Assembly: GCA_041490445.1 (NCBI GenBank)
Contig: JBGPTF010000001.1
Location: 58,442 to 122,441, forward strand
Source of the DNA: Terriglobia bacterium
Lineage (GTDB): Bacteria; Acidobacteriota; Terriglobia; Acidiferrales; UBA7541
Reading direction: 5' to 3'
Length of the DNA stretch: 64,000 nt
Positions 1 through 8,432 of the stretch are shown piece by piece (position 1 is the stretch's first letter; every line of letters begins with the position of its first letter). Below the pieces are notes generated by a model, which worked only from the letters and a program-made list of their open reading frames with translations, was not told where the DNA came from and ran no database searches. The position numbers and the translations under genes are program-made.

Positions 1-146
1 ACTCCAAGATGATCATGAATGAATACCGGCTGAATCCGCTCGATCCAAACTCGCAAAAAGTCATCGAAGAGCAAATGGAACAGTTTTTCTTCGGCGAAGG
101 CGCGCGCTTGCCCGAAGGCTACGTCCCGCCAAAATCGAAAAGCTAG
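1..146 (+). CDS. 3' end of an unidentified CDS (partial, runs off window start)
   Basis: Frame 3 is open from the window edge to TAG 144-146. The tail reads ..[42 protein letters not shown]. No family recognised. Confidence 0.3.
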   Translation, partial: SKMIMNEYRLNPLDPNSQKVIEEQMEQFFFGEGARLPEGYVPPKSKS

Positions 147-232
147 TCCCGCACGGCCCTCGCAGGATTCCTCGCTGCACACAATCACGAATATGTGACT
201 TGGCTCGGAAAAGTAGGCGGGCCTAACCATTG

Positions 233-1534
233 TCAGAGATTCGCGACGCGCCCTGTGACAGGGTGCTCCACCGGCAGGCGCGGCGAAAAGGAGAATCGCA
301 GTTTCGCGTGTGCAGCGCGAAGCGCCGATTCCACACCTGCAGGTGCCGCCGCCCGGGCGAAGATGAATCCCAGATAACTCGCTCCGTCGGGCCAGGCCGC
401 GATGTAGTCGTGCAGCCGCGCCGTAATCTGAATCTCCACGACGCCGGGCACGTGCTCCGCCTCATCCAGCCCTTCCAGGCGTTCGAAGATCCCGCAGCGC
501 GGCACCGGAATCATCATCACCCCGGAAGCCGATTCCTCGCGGGGCAGATCACTGCCGCCGAGCCGCAGTGCGTGACGAACGATCAGCTCTTCCAGGGGAA
601 TCCATCCCGGCCCGAATCGCAGTGCGCGTGAGCAAAGCCCGCCGATCGGTCGCGGCGCCGCTTCGATCACCCAGACGCCTTCCTTATTGATCCGGAATTC
701 AGCGTGGAGCGGCCCTTCCACGAGACCCAGCGCGCTGACGACTTGCTTCGCACAGTTCTCGATCGCGGCCTGCACGCCTGCCGAAAGCCGTGACGGCGTC
801 ACGTAGATTGTCTCTTCAAAGTACGGCCCTTCGAGGGGATCCGGCTTGTCGAAAATCGCCAGCACCCGCAGGTCGCCCGAATCGAGCAGGCCTTCGAGGG
901 CGACTTCCACGCCGGGGATGTAGCGCTCCACGATCAGCCTATCGAGCGCTTTCTCGCGCGTCACCCGAATCTCGGGCGATTCCAGGAGCGCGCGGATTCG
1001 CTTCACCGCCTCGCCAAACTCCTCGGCACTGTTTGCTCGAACGACTCCCTGGCTTGCCGCGAGGGCAAGCGGTTTTACCACGCAGGGAAACTCGACGCGT
1101 TTCAAAACTTTTGTCAAATCATCTTCGGGTGCGAATGAGAAGAAATCCGGAACGGGCAAGCCAGCGCCACGGAGGGCTTCACGCTGGCGCAGCTTGTTGC
1201 GGCAGAGTTCTGTTGCTTCAGGAGGATTGCCCGGCAATCCGAGGATTTGCGCCACGTACGCTGCCGTCGTTGTCGGCCGATCACCCAGCGCCAGCACGGC
1301 GCCGGGCGGGGTCGCGCCCAACCCGCGAACGATTTGTTGCGCCGCACCCGGCGGGTCTTCGAAATGCAACGGAAGCGCGCCATCCGCCCATGGATCGTCG
1401 AGCTGATGGCAGCGGTCCGTCCCGAACATGACTTCCACGCCCAGTTTTTCCGCAGCCTGCGCAAAGCCTCGCGTCTGATAGCCGAGCTTGCTTGCGAGGA
1501 TCAGCAGCCGTTTGTTGGGTTTCTCAGAGTTCAT
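233..1534 (-). CDS. ATP-grasp domain protein (carboxylate-amine ligase type)
   Basis: 433-aa ORF. Pre-ATP-grasp N-terminus (KRLLILASKLGYQTRGF), central ATP-grasp core (FPCVVKPLALAASQGV, LIVERYIPGVEVALEG, EFRINKEGVWVIEAAPRPIGG). Co-directional with, and downstream of, the radical SAM gene. Confidence 0.8.
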   Translation of the reverse strand: MNSEKPNKRLLILASKLGYQTRGFAQAAEKLGVEVMFGTDRCHQLDDPWADGALPLHFEDPPGAAQQIVRGLGATPPGAVLALGDRPTTTAAYVAQILGLPGNPPEATELCRNKLRQREALRGAGLPVPDFFSFAPEDDLTKVLKRVEFPCVVKPLALAASQGVVRANSAEEFGEAVKRIRALLESPEIRVTREKALDRLIVERYIPGVEVALEGLLDSGDLRVLAIFDKPDPLEGPYFEETIYVTPSRLSAGVQAAIENCAKQVVSALGLVEGPLHAEFRINKEGVWVIEAAPRPIGGLCSRALRFGPGWIPLEELIVRHALRLGGSDLPREESASGVMMIPVPRCGIFERLEGLDEAEHVPGVVEIQITARLHDYIAAWPDGASYLGFIFARAAAPAGVESALRAAHAKLRFSFSPRLPVEHPVTGRVANL

Positions 1535-1603
1535 GATGTTCTCGCGGACTCATCCAGTTTCCTGAGTGGTGAATCCCAAACTGTAAGGACCCCTCCTTGG
1601 CCG

Positions 1604-1684
1604 TTACACAAATGCTTCGGCCTGGCGAACCGATTCCCTCACCTTTTTAATGGGGGCCAACTGGTCCCCGGTCGGCTCCGCTCA
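1604..1684 (-). other. Possible selenocysteine read-through extension (UGA 1682-1684 recoded; tail U-AEPTGDQLAPIKKVRESVRQAEAFV, stop TAA 1604-1606)
   Basis: My own translation past the TGA gives C-U-A-E-P, the motif I recall from the RefSeq product name 'CUAEP/CCAEP-tail radical SAM (seleno)protein'. The frame stays open for 25 more codons. Confidence 0.5.
1627..1681 (-). promoter_or_regulatory. SECIS-like stem-loop immediately 3' of the in-frame UGA
   Basis: The mRNA reads UGA-GCG-GAGCCGA-CC-GGGGACC-AGUU-GGCCCC...UCGGUUC. The inner stem is GGGG(A)CC/GGCCCC with an AGUU loop (G in the loop), starting 12 nt after UGA. The outer 7-bp stem is GAGCCGA/UCGGUUC. Confidence 0.45.
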
Positions 1685-3046
1685 ACAGTACCAGGGCTCA
1701 TTCAAGTACGGGACCGCGGCGCGCGAGAGCAACACGGGCTGCGCGCCTTCCGCCACCTCGAACTTCCCTGCCGCGGCATGCGCCGCTTGCCAGATCCGCG
1801 AGAACATCTGCGCGCGTGAACGCTTCATCTTCTCGCCGGAGTGAACGATCTTCTGCAAGTCTTCACACAGGCGATCCAAGAGCGGGTCGGGATGCTTCCA
1901 GGGATACGCGAGCGCCGCTTCGTCGAAGGGGCCAACGATGCCGCGCATTTCCGGCAGCTCCAGCAATCGCGAGCCCGCCGGAATCAGCAGGCGGATGGCA
2001 AGCTGGATCGGCGCAACGCTTTCGACCAAATCGTTCGCGCGCAGCACCTCGAGCAAATCGCAAAAACCGTCGAGCGTAGTCCACGGCGTGAACGGCACGA
2101 AGGTGGGATGCAGCACGAGACCGATGTCGCGGAAAAGCCCCACAACTTTCAGAAAGTCAGTGCGGGTGTGATGTTTCTCGAGCTTTTCGAGCACTTCATC
2201 GTCCACGGACTCGACCGCGCTGGTCACGAACAGGCAGCCGGTGTCGCGCAAAACGGGCAAATGCCGCGCGTGCCGGAGAAGATGCTCGATCTTGATCGTC
2301 GCGTCGTAAGTGGGTCCGGGGAATTCCCGATGCATCTGTTTGACAATTGCCAGCGCGTGGGTGGGCCCGTTGAAAAAATCCGGGTCGCCAAAAGTGATGT
2401 GCCGCGCACCAGCCGCTATCTGGCGGCGAATGTCTTCGAGAACCACCTCGCGGTCCACAATCCGGAAGGCGCCGCCATAGACCGGCACGATCGGGCAGTG
2501 GCGGCAGAGATGCTTGCAGCCCCGGCTCGCTTCGGTGTAGCCGACGACGCGCTGGCTCGCGTCCGGAAAAACGAGCCGCGCATATTTCTCGAGTGGAACC
2601 ATGCCGCTGCGATCGGGTACAACAAATTGCTGCCGCGCCAGCGAGATGAGCGGTTCGCTCTGTGGCTGAATCCCACGCCCCGCTTCGAGCCGAGCGACGA
2701 GATCCGCAAGAGGCTGTTCAAATTCTCCGCCAAGAATTGTGTCTACGCCCCGTCCGCGCAAATAGCTTTCGTTCACCGGGGCGTACAAGCCATAAAAACA
2801 AAGATGGGCGCGCGGCTGAAGGGCGCGAACGGGCTCGATGAGCTGGACGGCCAGGCGCGTGGCGGTATGCATCGGCACGTAGAACGCGACGAGGCCGGCA
2901 GAGCGGACCGGCTCTTCGCGGAACGATTCGCGGGAAAGATCCAGACACGTGACGTGTGCGCCGCGCGCGCGCAGCCAAGCCGCCGGCGAGGCCAGCCCGA
3001 ATGGCTGACGCCCCAGCTCGTACGTCGAAATGAGCAAAACGTTCAT
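1682..3046 (-). CDS. B12-binding-domain radical SAM protein with CUAEP-type tail (conventional CDS up to the in-frame TGA)
   Basis: I moved the start to ATG 3044-3046 (MNVLLISTYELGRQPFG). The 174 codons upstream in the track ORF are P/L/S low-complexity and run through a repeat. Radical SAM motif CKHLCRHC (CX3CX2C) is present. The protein ends ..PYLNEPWYC followed by TGA, and the next in-frame codons are Ala-Glu-Pro. Confidence 0.85.
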   Translation of the reverse strand: MNVLLISTYELGRQPFGLASPAAWLRARGAHVTCLDLSRESFREEPVRSAGLVAFYVPMHTATRLAVQLIEPVRALQPRAHLCFYGLYAPVNESYLRGRGVDTILGGEFEQPLADLVARLEAGRGIQPQSEPLISLARQQFVVPDRSGMVPLEKYARLVFPDASQRVVGYTEASRGCKHLCRHCPIVPVYGGAFRIVDREVVLEDIRRQIAAGARHITFGDPDFFNGPTHALAIVKQMHREFPGPTYDATIKIEHLLRHARHLPVLRDTGCLFVTSAVESVDDEVLEKLEKHHTRTDFLKVVGLFRDIGLVLHPTFVPFTPWTTLDGFCDLLEVLRANDLVESVAPIQLAIRLLIPAGSRLLELPEMRGIVGPFDEAALAYPWKHPDPLLDRLCEDLQKIVHSGEKMKRSRAQMFSRIWQAAHAAAGKFEVAEGAQPVLLSRAAVPYLNEPWYC

Positions 3047-3203
3047 CGCAGGGCCCAGACAAATGGACAAGTCCATTCTAGACGAATTGCGACGCGGGCG
3101 CGCTACGGCGTGGAGCGCATGAGGCCGTGCCCGACGACAATCTTTCCGGTGAAATGCTTCGACGCTCGCACGAGGAATTCCTGATCGGAGCTTCCTGGAA
3201 TGA
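2956..3203. repeat. Direct repeat copy A (248 bp): 5' end of rSAM gene + intergenic + decayed 3' fragment of MBL gene
   Basis: Aligns base-by-base with 3870-4116. My manual alignment gives about 20 substitutions and one 1-nt indel. Confidence 0.9.
3103..3203 (-). pseudogene. Duplicated 3' fragment of the MBL-hydrolase gene (~33 codons)
   Basis: Translates to ..[32 protein letters not shown] compared with the intact gene end ..[32 protein letters not shown]. Confidence 0.6.
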
Positions 3204-3869
3204 AGGGTCTTCGAGGACGGTCTTTTCGCTTCTTCTTCAGAAAAAGTGCGAATTTGTTGCGATCTGGAAGAGGCCCGCCTGTTTGTTTTCAATGAGGTAC
3301 GGCCGATTTTGTTTGAAAAAATGTTGCGATTAGAGAAACGAGCGGATGAAGGAAGTAAAGGAGTTACAGGGGAAGTAAGAACAGGAGGCAGAAGAAGTAG
3401 AGGAAGCAGAGGAGGCAGAGAAAGCAAAGGAAGTAGAGGAAAAGCAGAGGCAGCCTTCACCCCGAAAGCACGTTCTGGGTAAATGAGGCCGGTGCGCGGC
3501 GGTGGCAGTGTGAGGCGGCCGGTTCTGGCTCGTGAAGTCATGGGATACGGTAGCGAGGATGGGGGCAAATTGCAAATCGGAGTGTGTGTGGACAGGGGGG
3601 AGATAGGCGCTAGGTGATAGGTGGTAGGAGATCAGTAAGAGTCCGGGGCGAAGAGTTGAAGGTTGCAAGTTGAGAGTTCAAAGTTGAAGGTTGAAAGTGT
3701 CAGGGCAGAGAAAAGAGAGGAACGCGCAGTGTGGCAGCTTTGGACGAAGACGCCCGTAGGTGCCGGTTCGGTGGTTAACCGGTCTGCTGCCGTGTGGAAC
3801 GCGGCACGTCGTGTCTTGCAGATCATGGCTGCGTCGCCGGCGCTATTGGTCCGGGTAGACACCAAGCCC
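3204..3869. other. 666-bp non-coding insert between the direct repeats (C-poor on + strand, low-complexity)
   Basis: No credible ORF; only P/S/L-rich artefact frames. Contains a purine tract at 3331-3453, TAGG(TG) repeats at 3601-3630 and GTTGA repeats at 3654-3700. Confidence 0.7.
3331..3453 (+). repeat. Polypurine tract (~85% A/G) with 8 GGA / AGGAGG-like motifs
   Basis: Direct reading: ..GGAUGAAGGAAGUAAAGGAGUUACAGGGGAAGUAAGAACAGGAGGCAGAAGAAGUAGAGGAAGCAGAGGAGGCAGAGAAAGCAAAGGAAGUAGAGGAAAAGCAGAGGCAG. Confidence 0.85.
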
Positions 3870-3959
3870 GTGCGCCGCGCGCGCGCAGCCAAGCCGTCGG
3901 CGAGGCCAGCCCGAATGGCTGACGCCCCAGCTCGTACATAGAGATGAGCACTACGTTCA
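3870..3959 (-). pseudogene. Duplicated 5' fragment of the radical SAM gene (~30 codons)
   Basis: ATG 3957-3959 gives MNVVLISMYELGRQPFGLASPTAWLRARGA.., compared with MNVLLISTYELGRQPFGLASPAAWLRARGA in the intact gene. It then diverges and terminates. Confidence 0.6.
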
Positions 3960-4116
3960 TCGCAGGCCCGAGCGAATGGACAAGTCCGTTCTAGACGAAT
4001 TGCGATGCGGGCGCGCTATGGCGTGAAGCGCATGAGGTCGTGCCCGACGACAATCCTTCCGGTGAAATGCTTTGACGCCCGCGCGAGAAATTCCTGGTCG
4101 GCGTTTCCTGGAATGA
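3870..4116. repeat. Direct repeat copy B (247 bp): decayed 5' fragment of rSAM gene + intergenic + genuine 3' end of MBL gene
   Basis: See copy A. Same order and orientation. Confidence 0.9.
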
Positions 4117-4924
4117 CGTGCGTGATGACCAACATCCGTACTCCGGCGGCTTGAGCAACTTCCCCAACTTCCTCCGCGGATGTGTGGTAGTGCTTCAGCC
4201 GCGCGGCAACCATCGGGGTATCGTGCTGGTCGAAATACTCTGGCAGGTAAGCCTCGTGCACGAGGATGTCCGCACCCTTCGCATAACGGATCAGGTTCTC
4301 ACTGGGACGAGTGTCACCGGAGATGACAATGCTCTTGCCGTGCCCGTCGAACCGGTAGCCGAACGCGGGCTCGACCGGACGATGGTCCACGTTGAAAGCC
4401 GTCACGCGCACATCGGCATCCTGATAGATGAAGCCCTGGGTGATGGTGTGGGAATGAATTGTCGCGCCCGCGGGAGGCTGCATCTCCGTCAGATCACGCC
4501 GGATGTGAATGTCAACGGCAAAAAAACGTTCGAGCGAGTCGGACATTTCCCGCACGCCGATGGGGCCGTACACATCGAGCGGAACTGCGCGGCCAAAAAT
4601 CCAGGTGCTGTTGAACAAGTCCGGCAGGCCGGCAATATGGTCGGAATGCAAATGAGTCAGGAAGACGGCGCGGATTTTTCCGAGCTGCAGCGGTGTGGAC
4701 GCGATCCGCAGCACGACTCCCCGCCCTGCGTCAACGACGTAGTACTTTTCGCCGACGACGATCGCGGTGGATGGTCCGAATCGCTCCGGATCGGGCCGAG
4801 GAAACCCGGTACCCAGCAGTAGCACCTCCATCGGCGCTGCCGGGGAAGAGGCAAGTTGCGGGGTTCGGCTCCAGTTCGGAGGAACGAACGCCAAGAAGAG
4901 CAACACGATCCAGATTCTCTTCAT
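4016..4924 (-). CDS. Secreted MBL-fold metallo-hydrolase
   Basis: HLHSDH (HxHxDH) motif. Start placed at ATG 4922-4924 to give the signal-peptide-like [16 protein letters not shown]. Confidence 0.8.
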   Translation of the reverse strand: MKRIWIVLLFLAFVPPNWSRTPQLASSPAAPMEVLLLGTGFPRPDPERFGPSTAIVVGEKYYVVDAGRGVVLRIASTPLQLGKIRAVFLTHLHSDHIAGLPDLFNSTWIFGRAVPLDVYGPIGVREMSDSLERFFAVDIHIRRDLTEMQPPAGATIHSHTITQGFIYQDADVRVTAFNVDHRPVEPAFGYRFDGHGKSIVISGDTRPSENLIRYAKGADILVHEAYLPEYFDQHDTPMVAARLKHYHTSAEEVGEVAQAAGVRMLVITHVIPGNADQEFLARASKHFTGRIVVGHDLMRFTP

Positions 4925-5056
4925 CGCAGTCTCCACACAACGGGCAACGATTCCCGGACATCTTACGCGGGAACATCGCTGCGTCAAATGCGCCGCTTCG
5001 GCAAGACGGCCGATTGCGCTATCATGAGTGGTTCGACAGAGAGGAGTTTCCCTCGC

Positions 5057-7729
5057 ATGTCATCTTCGGCCGCAAATTCATTTGGCTCGCGGGCCACGCT
5101 GAAAGTCGGCGTCCAAAAATTCGAGATGTTCCGTCTGGACGCGCTCGAGAAGGCCGGCATCGGCCACGTTTCCCGCCTGCCGTTTTCGCTCAAGGTGTTG
5201 CTCGAGAATTTATTGCGCAACGAGGATGGCGGCTTCGTTCGCGGGGACGATATCCGCACGCTGGCGGGGTGGGACCCCGCGAAGCCTGCCGACGCGGAGG
5301 TTTCGTTCATGCCGGCGCGCGTGTTGCTGCAGGATTTTACCGGCGTGCCCGCCGTCGTGGATCTCGCAGCGATGCGGGACGCCATGACACGGCTGGGCGG
5401 CGACCCGAAGCAAATCAATCCCCTGCTCCCCGCGGAGCTGGTGATTGACCACTCGGTGCAAGTGGACCGCTTCGGCTCGCTCGGCGCATTCGCCTTCAAC
5501 GCCGAAATCGAATTCCAGCGGAACATCGAGCGCTATGCGTTCCTGCGCTGGGGCGCGAAGGCGTTTCAGAATTTCAAGGTCGTGCCGCCGGATACGGGCA
5601 TTTGCCACCAGGTCAATCTCGAATATCTGGCGCGGGTTGTTTTCTCCGCGGAGAAGGAAGGGACGCGCTTTGCCTTTCCCGACACGCTCGTGGGGACGGA
5701 TTCGCATACCACGATGGTCAACGGCCTCGGCGTATTCGGCTGGGGCGTTGGCGGGATTGAAGCGGAAGCGGCCATGCTGGGTCAGCCGTTCTCGATGCGG
5801 ATTCCCGAAGTCATCGGCTTCAAGCTGCACGGGCGCCTGCCGGCGGGAGCAACGGCGACCGATCTGGTCCTGACGATCACGCAGATTCTGCGAAAGAAGG
5901 GCGTCGTCGGAAAATTCGTCGAGTTCTACGGCACGGGGCTTTCCAATCTCACGTTGCCGGACCGCGCCACACTCAGCAACATGGCTCCGGAATACGGCGC
6001 CACCATGGGATTTTTCCCGGTGGATGCGGAGACCCTGGCATACCTGCGCTTCACCGGCAGAAGCGACGAGCAGGTCCGGCTGGTGGAGGCGTACACGAAA
6101 GAGCAAGGACTTTTCCGCACGGATGCAACACCCGATCCGCTCTTTACGGACCGGCTCGAACTCGACCTCACCAAAATCGAGCCCACGATGGCGGGGCCGA
6201 AGCGGCCTCAGGACAGTGTCCTGCTGCGACACGCGAAAATCTCCTTCGAGAGAACGCTCGAAGGGACTGCCAAGCACGTGACGGTGCAGAACAACGGCGA
6301 CCGATTCGAGCTGGGCGACGGCTCAGTGGTCATCGCAGCGATCACGAGCTGCACGAACACGTCGAATCCGTCGCTGATGATCGGCGCGGGGTTGCTGGCA
6401 AAGAAAGCTACGGAACGTGGGCTGCAATCCAAGCCCTGGGTGAAGACGAGTCTCGCGCCCGGCTCAAAGGTTGTTACCGATTATCTGAAAACGTCGGGGC
6501 TGATGACCTACCTGGAATCGCTGCGATTCCACCTGGTCGGCTATGGCTGCACGACGTGCATCGGCAACAGCGGGCCACTGCCGGAGCCAATCGGCAAGGC
6601 GATCAAGGAGAACAATTTGGTTGCCGTCTCCGTGCTGAGCGGCAACCGGAACTTCGAGGGCCGCATCAATCCCCTGTGCCGCGCGAACTATCTGGCGTCG
6701 CCGCCGCTCGTTGTCGCCTACGCGCTCGCGGGGCGGATTGATTTCGACATCGTGAACGAACCGCTCGGAAAGGACAAGGCGGGGAAGCCTGTCTTCTTGC
6801 GCGACATCTGGCCTTCTCCACAGGAAGTGGAACAGGTGATGCGCTCTTCGGTGACGAGCCAGATGTATCGCAAGGCGTACAGCGACGTTTTCACCGGCGA
6901 CGAGCGGTGGCGCCTGTTGCCTGTCCCCGATGGCGATGGCTATGCCTGGGAAGCGAAATCCACCTACATCAAGCATCCGCCGTTTTTCGAAAATATGCCG
7001 CCGATGCCGGCCGCGCTCACGGATCTTCCCGGCGCTCGCGTTCTTGCCTTGCTCGGCGACAGCGTTACGACCGACCATATCTCTCCGGCTGGCTCGATTC
7101 CGCCCGACAGCCCCGCCGGAAAATACTTGATCGCACACGGCGTGCAGCCGAAGGACTTCAACTCCTACGGCGCGCGGCGCGGCAATCACGAAGTGATGAT
7201 GCGCGGAACCTTTGGAAATATTCGCCTGCGGAACCAACTCGCGCCCGGCACCGAGGGCGGTTGGACGAAACATCTTCCCGACGGCGCGCAGATGGCCATC
7301 TACGACGCGGCGATGCGCTACAAGGAAGAGGATGTGCCGCTGATGATCATCGCGGGAAAAGAATATGGCTCCGGTTCCTCGCGGGATTGGGCCGCCAAGG
7401 GCACTGCACTCCTTGGAGTGCGCGCGGTGCTCGCCGAGAGTTATGAACGCATCCATCGCAGCAACTTGATCGGCATGGGCGTGCTCCCGCTCGAATTCCA
7501 GCCGGGCGAATCCGCGAAATCGCTCGGGATCACGGGCCAAGAACGCCTGGACGTTGAAGGCCTGGCGGAGGGCTTGACGCCGAGAAAGCGAGTCCAAATT
7601 CGGGCGCGAGCCGAAGAAGGCAAGGAAAAGACGTTCACCGTGATCGCGCGCGCGGACACGCCCGTCGAAGTGACCTATTACCAGCACGGAGGCATTTTGC
7701 AGTACGTCCTCCGCCAGATGCTTCAGTAG
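5057..7729 (+). CDS. acnA: Aconitate hydratase A
   Basis: 890 aa from [15 protein letters not shown]. Classic AcnA blocks are present: [66 protein letters not shown] and a C-terminal swivel domain. Confidence 0.95.
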   Translation: MSSSAANSFGSRATLKVGVQKFEMFRLDALEKAGIGHVSRLPFSLKVLLENLLRNEDGGFVRGDDIRTLAGWDPAKPADAEVSFMPARVLLQDFTGVPAVVDLAAMRDAMTRLGGDPKQINPLLPAELVIDHSVQVDRFGSLGAFAFNAEIEFQRNIERYAFLRWGAKAFQNFKVVPPDTGICHQVNLEYLARVVFSAEKEGTRFAFPDTLVGTDSHTTMVNGLGVFGWGVGGIEAEAAMLGQPFSMRIPEVIGFKLHGRLPAGATATDLVLTITQILRKKGVVGKFVEFYGTGLSNLTLPDRATLSNMAPEYGATMGFFPVDAETLAYLRFTGRSDEQVRLVEAYTKEQGLFRTDATPDPLFTDRLELDLTKIEPTMAGPKRPQDSVLLRHAKISFERTLEGTAKHVTVQNNGDRFELGDGSVVIAAITSCTNTSNPSLMIGAGLLAKKATERGLQSKPWVKTSLAPGSKVVTDYLKTSGLMTYLESLRFHLVGYGCTTCIGNSGPLPEPIGKAIKENNLVAVSVLSGNRNFEGRINPLCRANYLASPPLVVAYALAGRIDFDIVNEPLGKDKAGKPVFLRDIWPSPQEVEQVMRSSVTSQMYRKAYSDVFTGDERWRLLPVPDGDGYAWEAKSTYIKHPPFFENMPPMPAALTDLPGARVLALLGDSVTTDHISPAGSIPPDSPAGKYLIAHGVQPKDFNSYGARRGNHEVMMRGTFGNIRLRNQLAPGTEGGWTKHLPDGAQMAIYDAAMRYKEEDVPLMIIAGKEYGSGSSRDWAAKGTALLGVRAVLAESYERIHRSNLIGMGVLPLEFQPGESAKSLGITGQERLDVEGLAEGLTPRKRVQIRARAEEGKEKTFTVIARADTPVEVTYYQHGGILQYVLRQMLQ

Positions 7730-7944
7730 CATGAATTCGTGTTTCCCCGATCACCCCTGCGTGAAGTAGGAGAAATGCGAAGGATATTTGCCTTCCTCTT
7801 TGTGTTCGCGGTGCCGAGGGCATACGCGCAGGGCCCCGAGCAGCGCAGTCAATCAACGTTGATCAAAGCGGGACACGGGCGAGTGAAAAGAGCGAAGGGG
7901 CGTTTGGCGTTCCGCCTCTTCACGATTGTACTTGCCGGGCTTTG

Positions 7945-8055
7945 CTACTGCACGACGAGCGTAACGGTGGTCGTATGCGTGACTGATCCTGCTTGCTCGG
8001 TGATCGTGATTGTAGACGTGCCAGCCGGGGTGCCAGCGCCGCCATCGCCATCAAG
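7945..8055 (-). pseudogene. Possible 3' stump of a truncated surface/Ig-like repeat protein gene
   Basis: The minus frame reads ..LDGDGGAGTPAGTSTITITEQAGSVTHTTTVTLVVQ* and abuts the IS630 relic. Only ~36 codons, so weak. Confidence 0.25.
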
Positions 8056-8432
8056 AGTATCTGCACTTTCTCAAAGAGATCGACGCCAACGTCCCCAAGT
8101 GACTCGCCGTCCCCCTGATCGTGGACAACTACGCCACGCACAAGCATCCGCGCGTGCAACGCTGGCTGGTCGCGCACCCCCGCGTTCAGGTGTATTTCAC
8201 CCCGACCCATGCTTCCTAGCTGAATCAAGTTGAAATCTGGTTCCACATCATCACCCAGAAGACCATTCGCCGCGGCACCTTCCGCAGCGTCAAAGAACTG
8301 GTAGCCCAGATCGAGTACTTCGTCCGAACCTACAATGCCCAAGCGAGCCCGTTTATCTGGACCGCTACGGCCGACTCAATCCTCCAGAAGATCGGACGAC
8401 TTTGTGAACATATTTCCGGGACACAACACTAG
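8050..8432 (+). mobile_element. IS630-family insertion sequence relic (C-terminal transposase fragment, pseudogene)
   Basis: The frame reads ..FLKEIDANVPK*LAVPLIVDNYATHKHPRVQRWLVAHPRVQVYFTPTHAS*LNQVEIWFHIITQKTIRRGTFRSVKELVAQIEYFVRTYNAQASPFIWTATADSILQKIGRLCEHI. This matches the DDE C-terminal consensus (DNxxxHK..FTPTxxSWLNQVE..F.WT). There are two in-frame stops (TGA 8100, TAG 8217) and no N-terminal half. Confidence 0.75.

Noticed and set aside
3047-3568. 174-codon N-terminal extension of the radical SAM ORF (track ORF 1682..3568)
   Set aside because: The translation is P/L/S/R low-complexity. It runs through the duplicated MBL stump and the antisense of the purine tract. The family-typical N-terminus MNVLLISTYELG starts at ATG 3046 and is duplicated as such in repeat copy B.
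3601-3700. TAGG(TG) and GTTGA micro-repeats considered as a CRISPR or tandem-repeat array
   Set aside because: The units are only 5-7 nt, irregularly spaced and without spacers. No cas genes are present. I report it only as low-complexity sequence.
4856-5056. 67-codon upstream extension of the aconitase ORF
   Set aside because: It overlaps the divergent MBL gene start and has no aconitase-like sequence. AcnA-like sequence begins at MSSSAANSF (5057).
5210-7732. Long antisense ORFs (5210..6277 and 6464..7732, minus strand) inside acnA
   Set aside because: These are typical high-GC shadow frames, R/A/G-rich with no motifs. The opposite strand encodes an unmistakable aconitase.
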